Source: Octopus sinensis (taxonomy: Eukaryota). Taken from it: a DNA stretch of 64,000 nucleotides. How positions within the stretch are numbered: position 1 is the first letter of the stretch; each line of letters begins with the position of its first letter. Below, one piece after another: positions 49,399 through 62,310 of this stretch. Under the pieces are notes generated by a model. The model searched no databases and was not told the origin of the DNA. It was given only the letters and a program-made list of their open reading frames with translations. The stretch lies in NCBI RefSeq assembly GCF_006345805.1, contig NC_042997.1, positions 174,096,001 to 174,160,000 of the forward strand, in the 5' to 3' direction. The translations under genes and the position numbers were made by a program.

Positions 49399-51900
49399 AT
49401 GGATTTTACAGGTAAGATAGAACCGCTGTTTTGGGATTCATCTTTGAAAGATATTCCTATTCCTTCTAGAAAGGAATTTATCTTGAAACTTGTTATAATG
49501 TTAAAGATTTTATTTCTAGAATTAAATGGAAAGCTTTTTACTATAATTTTTATTTATTTAATGATATTGATAGTAGGAATGATAATTATCCTCTAAATTT
49601 AAATCTAGAAAGGACCTCCATTTAATAAAGAATTACAATTACTTGAAGATAGTATATGGAAGGTGGTAAAAAATATTGAATTCCATAAATACCCAAATAG
49701 AAATAATGAATATTTAAGGAATTTAGCAATTAAAATTAAAGATATGAGAATATGGATAGTATATAGTACAATCTGATAAAACAAGGAACTTATATAAATT
49801 AGATGTTAAATTATATGATAAACTATTAGGGAAAGAAATAATTAAAAATATAAAATTGTTCCAGATGATATTCTTTATAATATTAATAAGGCCTCTAAAG
49901 TAGTAATGTTAAAATATGAGTTGGATAATAAAACTGAACCTTATGTACCTTGCACCCCAGAATTACTCTTAAAGACCATAAAGATAATTTTTATTCAGAC
50001 CCTAAAGTTAGATTAATTTGCCCATGTAAATCGGACCTAGGTAAATTAAGTAAATTTATTTTAGATAAATATATTGATAAGTTAAATAAACTTAATTATT
50101 TAAAATTATGGTTTAGTAATAATAATACATTGAAATGGTTTAATAATATTAAAGATAAAAATCGTTATAAATTTATTCAAATAGATATAGATAATTATTA
50201 TTCTTCTATTAATGAAATTGTGTTTAATAAAGCGCTTATTTTCGCAATGAATAAAGTGGGCATGTCACGGGAAGAAGTTAATGTAATTAAATTGGCTAGG
50301 AAATCGCTAATTAAATATAAAAATAAATTATCTAGGAATGATACTAGAGATTGTTTTGATATACCTATGGGAGCACCAGATTCTGCACAGGCTACTGATT
50401 TAGTAGGTATTTTTCTTTTATCTGAACTCCAATTAGAAAATCTTAAGATAGAGGGTGGGGTTTATATAGAGACGATCTTCTACTAGTTACAAAGAATTGT
50501 ACTAATAGGAATCTAGAAGTATATAAGAAAAACTATATAGTTTCTTTAAAAGATATGGTTTACGTATTACTATATATAAGGAGAATTATAATGTTAATTA
50601 TTTAGATGTTAATTTTAATCTTATTACAGGTAAAACACAACCATATCATAAACTTAATGAGAACCTTAGATATATAAATGTTAATAGTAATCACCCATTT
50701 TCTATTAAAAAATCGTTGATTATAATATAAGTAAACGTATTTCATTACTCTCTTATGATATAGAGATTTTTAATAAACATGCTAATTATTATAATGAGGC
50801 CCTTAGAGGGGCAGGTTATAATAAGAATATTAAATTTTATAATATTAGCGATAATGATTTAAATGATAATTTTCGAGATACTTCTAATAATAATTATAAT
50901 TTTGTTACGTTTAGTGGTAAAAATAATAGATATTATAAAAAAAATAATAAAAATGATAAAAATATAAATAAGAATAATAATAATAATAAATATAATAATA
51001 ATAATATAAATAAGAATAATATAAATAAAAATAAATTTAATAATTATTATAATAATTATATTGATAAATTTAATAATATTAATAATTCCTTAAATGCTGT
51101 ACATAGATATAATTCTGATAATAATTTTAATAAAATAAAGAATTATAAATATATTATAATAATGATAATAATAATAAGGTTAATAAGAATAAAATTTGGT
51201 TAATAGTTCCTTATGGAGATCAAGTTAAAACGAATATTATTAAAGAGATTTTAGATGTTATAGAACTATTTATTAGAGATAATCGTAAATATAGAAACAT
51301 TTTCTCTTTTAATAATTTTGGAGTTGGTTACTCTACCACTAATAATGTTGGTAACATTATTTCTTCATTTAATAAATATAAACTGAATAATTTTTATAAA
51401 AAGAAATTATTTGATAATAATATTAATAATGATAAGACTTATATTAATTGTACATGTAGAGATAAATCTAATTGTATATTAATAATAATTGTGATATTAA
51501 CGATGTAGTGTATAAATGTATAGTTACATTACATGATAATAACTTTAAGAATAATAATTACAATAAAGCGGTTTATATAGGTTCTACTTCCTCAAAAATA
51601 AAACTAAGAATTGCACAACATATGAATTCTTTTAAAAATAAAAACTTAATCAACTCAACCGGACTTAGTAAGTATATTTGGAGTCTTAAATCACTAAATA
51701 TTAATTATAGTTTAATATGGGAAATAATTTGTAAAACTAAATCATATAATATAGGAGCTAATTGTTGTTATTTATGCTCTAATGAGTTTAAAGAAATTTT
51801 ATTTTATAAGTATGATAATTTACTTAATACTGGGGAGGAGCGCAAAATAAAATGTAGACACAAGTTACTTTACTTATATAATAAGTTTCATGATAAATAG
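49399..51900 (+). pseudogene. Penelope/Neptune ORF (RT + GIY-YIG endonuclease), frameshifted
   Basis: N-terminus SLKDIPIPSRKEFILKL..FISRIKWKAF. RT motifs ITLKDHKDNF..VRLICPCKSDLGKLSK, DIDNYYSSI, FDIPMGAPDSAQATDLVG, and Y-RDD split by a frameshift. GIY-YIG VVYKC..YIGST..HMNSF..LSKYIWSLK..CYLC..LLN..CRH. Confidence 0.95.
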
Positions 51901-54703
51901 CAATAATAGTTCCCTTTTAGGTTATTTTAGTTTAGTTTAATTAGTTTAGATGATATATTTTTGGTTATGTTGTCTAGGATTTAATTATAGTTAGTCTTTA
52001 TTGATATTTCTTTGTTTTAATTAGTTCATTTTTAATGTATATTAATTTAGCAGTTTATGGTACGTTAAAACTTTAATAATTTATATTAGATTTTTTATTT
52101 TTTTATTTTTATTTTTATTTTTTTATTTTTATTTTATTATGTATTTTTATTTTGCATTTGTTATATGTATTTTGAGGATATATTTATATGTTTTTGGTGT
52201 TGTATTTAGTGGTGTTTTTATTGAGTTTTGTATGTATGTGTGAATGTTTAAGATCCCTTTGTTTTTTTTTTTTTATTTGTAGGTTGAATTGACAGATTTT
52301 ATTTGGTATTTTCTTTTATAATAAAGTACACACCCATAACAATTATAAGTGCCCACTTCATTCGTTGTACTTGGGTTTGCATGTGAGCCTCAGCATATGC
52401 ACCTAACGGCCACTCCAGCCCCACATGGATAAATAAACACATACATCCCCAACCACCATCACAAATGAAACCCACACCCATACAATGACAAAACTCCCCC
52501 ATACCCTATTTACACCTACATAGTAATCCCAATATATTCTTCCATACATGGACGCAAGTGCGTGAAGCACATGAACATAATTAGTACGTACAACCCCTAA
52601 TACACACTAATATATACGTATCAAGCTCGACCTCCACAGTGATAAGTTTACACACAATCACACACCCAGATGGGTGAATTGCACAACCAGTGAATGCTCA
52701 CACATACGGGCGCGATTACATTGTTGCATATATCGAGCCAAAATAGTATGCATATGTACATGTGAGGGGTACACGTAAATGAAGTGAGCGTGTACCCCCT
52801 GTATTATACCCGTGCGTGAATATACACATGGAGACTACCACACAGGTACAAATGTGTTTAGAAATGGGAGCCCCATCACTACACTTAATGTATACTCTCA
52901 CCCATCCGCACGGATGTGTATTGTATCTCCGGTGTATAGTTGAGGCTTATATGTAGAGTTGTTGAAGGGAACGTCGTTGAAATTGTGAATGAATGGGTAG
53001 AGTTGGGAATTGTAACCGTGTGGTGGCTGTGTTGTTTGGAATTGTGAATGGATTAGGGTGGTAATGAGGTAGGCATTGAGTATGGGTTACTGTAAGTTGT
53101 TTGTTAGAGTTGCTAGGGTGAGCTAAAGCTCATAAATGTATATATTGATTTTTCATGATAGTTTTTAAAGAATCCATTCATAATAAATTTTTTTAAGTAG
53201 CGTTGGTTTGCTACGTGGAAATAGTTTTTAGTTCCATTTATTATATTTCTCCATTCATACTATGAATGACGTTTACTTTCTATGGCGCGTATTCTTTTTT
53301 TACATTAGTTATTTCCATGGTAACGTAATTTTGTTTGGTTTTTTAACGGCTAAAAATCTAATTTCACTTCATAATTTGTAACTGAATTGTAAGTATGTAT
53401 TTGATTTATCCTTATGTCATAATGTTATTTTTGATATTCTGGTTAATTACGATGTTTTATTGTTGTTTTCATAAGAGTGTTTATGTATATGAGATTGGTT
53501 GTGAGTTTTTAATTGTATAATTAATTTATTTATCTGTATGAGTGTGGGTGTAAATATGTTGTATATATCGAGTTTTAGTGAGTATGTATATGCGTATATG
53601 TGAGGGAGCATATGTATCTGTTGTGTGTGTGTGTTTTTGCGTGTTGTGTGTGTTTTGTGTGTGAATGTGTATTTGGGTTTGTTATTTAGGATTTGGGATG
53701 TATGTGTTAATTTGTCTGTGTGGGGAGGGAGTGGTTTTGGTGTGTATTGAGGTTTATAAGTTAGTATAGGTTTGTGTATAAGTCTTGGGTCTGTGGTTTA
53801 CGTGTGGGTTTTTTGTGTGTGAATGTTTAGGTTAGGGGGATTGCTATATAAGTTTGTTATAGGGTTTAGCAAAGGGAGATTTTATCGTTATATGCTTTTA
53901 TGAGTTTTGGTTTATCATGGTTTTTTTTAGGTAATTCGTGGTATTTTGTCTATTTTAGGTGTTGGTTATTTTTTTACATTGTTTCATTCATAATTTTTGA
54001 GTGGTGTTTGTTTTGCCACGTGAATAACCGGGTGGTGGACTAGCGTTGCTTGGAATGTGAATGGAATAGTGTAGTAGTGAGGTAGGCATAGAGATTGGGA
54101 TTGGGTTACTGCAAGTTGTTTGTTAGAGATGCTAAGGTGAGTTAAAGCTCATAAATGTATAATGTTTTTTGTGGGTGTGTAAGTATTGTTGTATATGTCG
54201 AGTTTAGTGAGTATGTATAGGCGTATATGTGAGGGAGTATATGTATCTTTTGTGTGTGAGTGTTTTGCGTGTGAGTGTGTGTTTTGTGTGTGAATGTGTA
54301 TATGGGTTTGTTATTTAGGTTTTGGGATGTATGTGTTAATTTGTCTGTGTGGGGAGGGAGTGGGTTTTGGTGTATATTGAGGTTTATAAGTTAGTATAGG
54401 TATGTGTATAAGTCGTGAGTCTGTGGTTTACGTGTGTGTATTTGTGTGTGAATGTTTAGGTTAGGGGGTTTACTTATAGGTTTGTTATAGAGTTTAGCAA
54501 AGGGAGATTTTATCGTTATATGTTTTTAAGAGTTTTGTTTTATCATGGTTTTTTTTAGGGAATTCGTGGTAATTAGTCTATATTTTCGATATGGATTATA
54601 TATAGGTTATATATGGATTATATACTTATATTTTTTCATTTATACTTTAATTATTTAAAAGTATTATTTTTATATTTTAAAATTTTGATTTTTTAGATTG
54701 GAA

Positions 54704-54749
54704 GTCCACCTGAAGATTGTCGATCAAGACAAGAAACGATTGTAGTGGC
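54704..54749 (+). ncRNA. Minimal type I hammerhead ribozyme (3' pLTR)
   Basis: Same motif as 49125-49170; predicted cleavage after 54744. Confidence 0.88.
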
Positions 54750-54913
54750 GGTTTTTTTGACTATTTATTAAATTTTATGTATTGATTAAGTCTTTCCTTG
54801 TTTGTTTTGCAAAATAGTGGTTTTGTCTCAAATAATATTTTATATATATATATATATATTATATATATATATATTATATATATATATATATGCATTATAT
54901 ATATATATAGGCA

Positions 54914-54956
<43 letters not shown>

Positions 54957-55182
54957 ATATATATATATATCTATATATATATATATATATATATCTATAT
55001 ATATATATACTCAGAAATAATCTCAATGCATTTAATGCCGTTACAATATCACGACGAACATGAAATGCTATTCTGCATTAATGCGAAAATCAATGTGATA
55101 TGTAACTGAATTCTGATATATAGATTATAATATATATATATATATATACAACACACACACACACCACACACCACATACCACC

Positions 55183-55222
<40 letters not shown>

Positions 55223-55352
55223 AATCGTCCATTGTTTCAATGCATACAATGTAAGTGCGTACTTCTGGGTTCATTTGTCTGTGTGTCCCTTGTGTAACCT
55301 ATTACTGTATGTTTCTGTGACAATATACGTAGATTCACAGAAATACGCACGT

Positions 55353-55396
<44 letters not shown>

Positions 55397-56198
55397 GCAC
55401 GCACACACACACACATACACACACAATCATATATGTATGTGTATGGGTATATGTGTGCGTATGTTTACAAGTATGTATGTGTTGAAATTAAAGGAAAGAA
55501 AGCAAGCGCTTGATTGGGGAACCGCAAAGGATGAGAACGAAATAGCTATTGGAACGAAAGGACTTTGTTCGGAATATCTACGATGAATAGAAGAGAGAGA
55601 TTTATGTATGTAACCTGTAATGCGATCTTATATAGATTAAAGAAAACACCGAACCACTCAGTCTTAGCTGTTTGGACCGAGTTAGATAGGATGAACTAGT
55701 TTGAACTAACTGGCTTGGAGCGGATTGGATTAAGTTAAGAAGTAAAGTGGTTGTTAGGAGTAATGTAGTCAGTGCTATAAGTGTCTTAGTGTTGTGTAGA
55801 GTTGTTTTCCAACCTTTTTTTTTTTTACTTTTACAAAACTCTTGAAATACATTCCATGTTCCAAGGAACCCCTATATGAAAATTATTATTCATCGTTAAT
55901 AATCTTTTCTTTTTCTTTTTCTTTCATAAAATTAAATTTCATAAACGATCGAACAAATCATAAAACTGACTTTGAAAGTTTTGACATTGATAAATTCACT
56001 AGATGCCACAAAAAAATGGTTTTTGAATTTTCAAATTATGTTTAAAACCTAAACCCACATAATTCAGTTTGTAAGAAAATAATTTTCCATTGGGTTTGTT
56101 TACTACCTTGCAGGATTTACTTTGAGTGCATAATTACAATACTAATATGGAACTGAATACAAAAGTGACCACAAAATGCGTTTTCGTATACTCTTACT

Positions 56199-56239
<41 letters not shown>

Positions 56240-56254
56240 TATATATATATATAT

Positions 56255-56582
<328 letters not shown>

Positions 56583-57714
56583 AGGTAAATAAACACGGTG
56601 AAAGTGAAAAAACGACAGAAATATTAAAGAAAGAGGAGAGAAAGATGAAGGAGACAATGCGACAAGGAAATACAAAGACAGTATAAAAAAGCGAATGCGA
56701 GATAAGAATGATAAAAAAAATGTGGGGGAGGGATTGAGTTGGGAGAAGAAGAGAACAAGGAGCAAATTTAAGGGAGATATTTATGTAAGCCTAATTCCGG
56801 TTTGTGACCAGCCGCAGACAGATGAGATTGTCATATTGATAGACAGATCTGGCAAAGAGACAGATAAAATTAAAACCCGAGAAGTGACTGGGAAAGAAGC
56901 AGACAGGCTGATTGACACAAGGGAAGAACTACCTGAGAGACGCATACAGTGTTTGACATTGATTCCAAATGACAGATAAATAGACTGACTGTTTGACGGA
57001 AATGCGGAAATGCTGACAGACAGTCAGGCAGGCATTCATTTAAATGACGCGTAGGTAAACATACTGATTGACTGATTCATACGAAATGGCAGGCAGAAAG
57101 ACTATCTCACTTCTGGAAAGCCATAGGTACAGTCTTTACAAACGAACGCAGAGACTATTATTTACAGAAGAGTTATAGAAACTGACAGATTACACAGTTG
57201 ACTGGCTGATCGTGACTCATGACTGATAGAATGACAGGCAGACAGATGGACACTCATTCAGAATGACATACAAGTAAACGGTCTAGGAAATTGCCTGACA
57301 GATTTATAGCCTGCCTAATAAATTTTTAGCCAGACTGACAGATCTGTAAACAAACTGACTCAGATATAAACACAGAGACAGATATAAGTAGACAGTTATA
57401 GTGTTATACTTTTCTACGTTAATCAATGATCATTAGTGTGGTAATATTCTACTTGTAATTTCATTTTCTTCCTTACCCGTGGTTCATCTGGAAATACCTT
57501 CTGTTTTCCGTATAATTTTATATTTTTTTTTTCAGTTTCATTTATTGCTATGATCTGTGGATTTCATTTCGTTCAGGGAAGAGGCTGGTTTCTGCTGCTC
57601 ACAGAATATTCGTTCTTCTTCATAAGATATGATTTCTTACTTAGTAGAGAGTGTCTTTCCTTCCGTAGAGACACTCACAGCTATCTACATCAATTTCTTC
57701 CTCACTGTATAGAA

Positions 57715-58560
57715 AATGGAACGTAAACTTGGATAACCAAAGGAATGATACTGCTAATACAAAGGGACAAAAAAAGGGGATAAGCATGTAATAGGACTAA
57801 AAAAAAAACAGGGCTCATAGCAAATGAATTATATAGCTTTATGGATGAGAATCTCTCACCAGAGGAGCAAAGGTGATGCTGTAAGAAGTCAAAAGTAACT
57901 ATTGTTTTTTTGTATATCGGTAGCATGCTACTATGTGAGGTACGCATAAGAAAGAAAAAAATGAAGCATCTTGTAGCCTTTCTCGTTAGCTATTGAAGTG
58001 CGTGCGGACAGGCAAAGTAAATGAGATTAAGCTTTTTGGAAAAAATCAATGAGATCAACGTAAGTAGAACTGAAATAAGGAAATGAATAATTACGAAATG
58101 TGAAAATTCGCAGAGGGGTGTTCCACGGAGACTAGCTACCTCTCCTTTATTTTTCGCTATTGTGTTAATCTCTCTCACAAATATGCTGTGAAAATCTAGA
58201 CCTGCCTATGAGCATGCCAAAAATACGGTGAAAATAAATGACCTGTTATATATGGTTGACGTTAAACTGTAAACTAAAAATGACGACCGGAATTCTCTGA
58301 TTCAAACAGTAAGAATATTTAGGATGGAAATTTGTGAATATTGGTATGCACTTCGGGGGAAATATCTGTGAAGCTTTAATCATAAAGAGGGGCCGAAAGG
58401 TTAAATTTTGTTCATAAAAAAATTTTTACTAGTTACCACTGGATCGCTGAGAAATAATGAGGGATACAAGGTACTGCAGGACAATAAAACATGGAGAGAG
58501 ACATTAGAGAGAAAGAGTATAAAAGAAAGATTAGTTGCTCAAATAACTGAAAGGCTTATC
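57715..58560 (+). mobile_element. Highly degraded R4/Dong-like (RLE-type) non-LTR RT fragment
   Basis: IRRGVFHGD*L-SPLFFAIVLISLTNML and KINDLLYMVDVKL (mutated LLYMDD.KL), LIQTVRIF, and upstream LLIQRDKK..LSPEEQR remnants. Confidence 0.7.
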
Positions 58561-58749
58561 TGCTACATACATACATACATACATACATACATACATACAT
58601 ACATACATACATACATACATACATACATACGTACATATGTACATATATTCTTTTATTATTTTATTAGTTTCAGGCATTTGCCAGCAGCCAAGCTGGACCA
58701 CCGCATTTAGTCGAACAAATCGATTCCAGGACTTATTCTTTTAAGCCTA

Positions 58750-58820
<71 letters not shown>

Positions 58821-58896
58821 TGTGTGTGTGTATGTATGTATGTATGTATGTATGTATGTATGTACGTATGTATGCATGTATGTATGTATATATGTA

Positions 58897-59283
58897 TGGT
58901 GATTGCTTCATCTTTGCAGATGATTGCTCTCCCCATGTACCACGGTCAACCATCATCAGCTCCAAACGTCCGTCCATCACCCCTTAGGTGGCTTTTAAGT
59001 TCAGCATTATATTTGCATGGTCTATAGCAAATGTAACAGACAAAAGATGTGCCCTCTATTGGATTTATTGGATCAACTTGTGGGACGTCATCATTATGTA
59101 CCCTCATATGCCTTTTAAGACCAGGTATTCATTTGCAGAACTTTTCGTACACCACACATGTTGTCTCACCTAGCATTGGCAAGATAGAGCTGCATGCAGC
59201 TAGCTTTTTATATGATTTTAAATGAGTGATGTACCCAGATTTAGAGAGCAGTAAATGACCACACACGTCACAAATCCAGCTCA
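58897..59283 (-). pseudogene. Three tandem C2H2-like zinc fingers in one frame with an internal stop; probably a LINE C-terminus relic
   Basis: WICDVCGHLLLSKSGYITHLKSY..TTCVVYEKFCK*IPGLKRHMRVH..FVCYICYRPCKYNAELKSHLRGDGR..DG*. No TGEKP linkers; flanked by microsatellites. Confidence 0.7.
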
Positions 59284-59359
59284 TACATACATACATACAT
59301 ACATACATACATACATACATACATACACGTCAATGTACATATATATATATATACATATA

Positions 59360-59779
59360 GGCGCAGGAGTGGCTGTGTGGTAAGTAGCTTGCTAACCAAC
59401 CACATGGTTCCGGGTTCAATCCCACTGCGTGGCATCTTGGGCAAGTGTCTTCTGCTATAGCATCGGGCCGACCAGTGCCTTGTGAGTGGATTTGGTAGAC
59501 GGAAACTGAAAGAAGCCTGTCGTATATATGTATATATGTGTGTATGTATGTGTGTGTGTTTGTGTGTCTATGTTTGTTCCCCTAGCATTGCTTGACAACC
59601 GATGCTGGTATGTTTACGTCCCCGTAACTTAGCGGTTCGGCAAAAAGAGACCGATAGAATAAGTACTGGGCTTACAAAGAATAAGTCCCGGGTTCGAGTT
59701 GCTCGACTAAAGGCGGTGCTCCAGCATGGCCGCAGTCAAATGACTGAAACAAGTAAAAGATTAAAAGAGTAAAAGAGTA
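59360..59779 (+). mobile_element. SINE family A, full length, young
   Basis: GGCGCAGGAGTGGCTGTGTGGTAAG..GGTTCAATCCC..tail (TAAAAGAG)n. Confidence 0.92.
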
Positions 59780-60213
59780 ATATATACATACATACACATC
59801 AATGTATGTATGTATGTAAGTCACTCGTTGTGATTGGTTCATCTGTGCTTTTGTTTTCTTTTTGCTTCTGCTTCGCATTTTCAAAAGCGCTTAACTGTCA
59901 CATGTACCACTGGTGGTTCATCGCAAACTTCACACAACTGCCAGTAACAGGCTGTGGCGGTTAACGTGCACAGTCTGACGTTCTCTTTTATCTTTCCTGT
60001 GTGGATGTATTATATATATATATATTTTTTGACGTGTAGGAATATTCGTGAGCTTGCTTTCGATAGAACCCGATAGAGATGCCTGAGGACTCTACTCATA
60101 CAACCCTCCCAGTAATAGTGGGAGAATATAGATAAAAATGTAGGTAAAAAGGTAGATAACTAGATAGATAGACAGGCAGACAGACAGATAGGCAGATAGA
60201 TAGACAGGTAGAT

Positions 60214-61987
60214 ATGTTTCTTTATTAGCCACACAGGGCTGCACATAGATAGAACAAATTACAAGGTAGAGCTTTTCTTTTGAAGGTTTAAAAAATAAAA
60301 AAATAAAAAAAAATAAAAAAATAATAAAAAAAAAATTAAAAAAGGGAAAGGGGGGAGTTTCGATCAAAAGGGATCGTAAAAGGAGAGAAAGAGGACAAAA
60401 AAGGGGGGAGAGGAAAAAAATGATCAATAGGGATCGTTATCACAGAAATGTCAATATGAAGTGTAAAGGGGAGGACAGTGAGGTTTACCTGTGGAAAGAA
60501 AAGCCTACGGGAAAGACCACGGTAACCTCGGTCAATGAAGTCACATTTTATATTTTTTTTTTTTTTTTTTCAAATAAGCAAATCTCTGTTTTCAATTTCT
60601 GGGTTCATAGGATTATGCTCAAGGTGGCTTCGTCATTCATACGTGCCATTCTTGCTACATTCACCCATCTTTTTTTAAAACATTCGCTAGACAAAACTTG
60701 CCTCTCTACTCTCACTTTCCTTTTCAAGTGGTACTTGAAGAAGTTGATGAGAGATTGACCAGAGAGGAAAGTGTTTGTCTCCAATCCTTTCAGACGCGTC
60801 CACCAGATACATTCTTTCGCCATAGCCACAAGGATGATGAAAATAGCTCTTCCTTCCCGTTTGAAGGAAGGAGGCGTGACAATATTGACGATAGACTCAG
60901 CTGATAAACCGACTCGTCTCACACGTGACAGCAGTTGTTCGACATAAGCCCACAGGTCGGAAATTGTTGGACACTGAACGAGTGTGTGCAGAACGGTTTC
61001 GTCGCTCTGACCGCATCTCGGGCAGGTCGGCCCCGTGTTTCTCGAGCCGTGTCTGTAGAGCTTATCCCGAACGGGTAGCGCTTCTCGGTAGCACTGCCAG
61101 GCCAGGGATCTCTGGAAGTCGTCCATGGGCCCTGGCCCGAAAGTCGTCCTGAACAGGCGGGTCAGGTACTCCTCGTCGACGTCCAGGTTCGCCCCGAGCT
61201 CGTCGTCGTACCTCCCCTCCACTAAACCCCTATAGAATGCTTTGGTTGTGTTGAAGTCACTTAAGGTCGACCCAGGACGGCAGAGTGCTTGAGAGCAACG
61301 CGACACTCGCGGTGCCATTCGCCCTTCCTCGGCCTCTTTTTGATCCACGACTTCAGTTCGGTCATGGAGACGAGCTGCGGGAAAGCGTGCCTCACAAACG
61401 GTGACCACACCTCTTCACCGTCGTCTACATAGAGCCAGAGATGTCGCAGTCTCAGCGCGTATCTGCGCATCATCAACCACGGCATGCCCAGCCCTCCTTT
61501 TAACGGGTGTTGACAGCAAATGGATCGCCTGACCATCGGGACGCATCCTTTCCACAAGAAGCGAAAGAGAATGCGTTGTAGTTTGGTGATGGTAGGGTCG
61601 GGACAAGGTACGACGGTCAGGCGGTAGTAGATGACGGACGCGATGTACGTGTTCGCCACCTCCGCTCGACCTTTTAGGGACAGTTTCCTCTCGGCCCATT
61701 GCCGGGCGAGAGTGACCACCCTACTCGTTATCTCGTTCCAGTTCTTCGCCACTTGGAGGTCCGGACCAAACTAGACCCCGAGCAACTCAACCGGGCCGTC
61801 TGTCCAGCGTCCCACGACGGAGGCGCTGGTGGACGGCATGGGCTTGCTTCTCCAGGTACCTAGTCGCAAGCCCACTGATTTTTCCCGGTTGATTTTCGCT
61901 CCTGTCACCGCTTCGTAGTTTTTCAGTGTCTCGCCGACCAGCTCGACGTGCTCGTGGCTAGACACTATGACGATGACGTCGTCCGCA
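60214..61987 (-). mobile_element. 5'-truncated Tx1/L1-clade LINE (from the ADD motif to the CCHC knuckle and 3' UTR)
   Basis: ADDV..TGAKINREKS..LLGV; LSLKGRAEVANTYIAS; FLWKG..KGGLGMP; CCHC knuckle CPRCGQSDETVLHTLVQC; AATAAA near the 3' end. Both ends are embedded in GATA-like repeats. Confidence 0.92.
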
Positions 61988-62108
61988 GATAGATAGATAG
62001 ATAAATAGATAGATAGATGGATGGATAGAGGGATAGAGGGATAGATAGATAGATAGATGGATAGATGGATGGATAGAGGGATAGATGGATAGATTGATGG
62101 ATAGATAA

Positions 62109-62310
62109 GTTTTTTTATTAGCCACACAGGGTTGCACACAGATGGGATAAGTTACAAGGTAGAGCTTTTCTTTTGGGGGATGAAAAAAAACAACAAAAAA
62201 CAAAAGAATAAAAAAGAAAGGGTGGCGTAGATTTTCGATCAAAAGAGATCGTAAAAGGGAAAAAAGAACAAAAAAAAAAGGAAAAGAAAAAATACGTTGG
62301 AAGATCAAGA
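62109..62310 (-). mobile_element. Second, very short copy of the same Tx1/L1 family (3' UTR only)
   Basis: TTTATTAGCCACACAGGGTTGCACA..TTACAAGGTAGAGCTTTTCTTTT..TTTCGATCAAAAG.GATCGTAAAAGG aligns with 60221-60390. Confidence 0.85.

Larger units (their letters stand above)
48073..54840 (+). mobile_element. Neptune-type Penelope-like retroelement with an inverted 5' pLTR and direct partial pLTRs
   Basis: 48165-49034 is the reverse complement of 53978-54840. 48073-48380 is inverted relative to 49050-49355. 49035-49260 is a direct repeat of about 54615-54840. An RT + GIY-YIG ORF lies between; both ends abut (TA)n. Confidence 0.95.

Noticed and set aside
54455-54480. TTAGGTTAGGG telomere-like motif in the pLTR
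   Set aside because: Only two units inside a generally GT-skewed region, which is not enough to infer telomere association.
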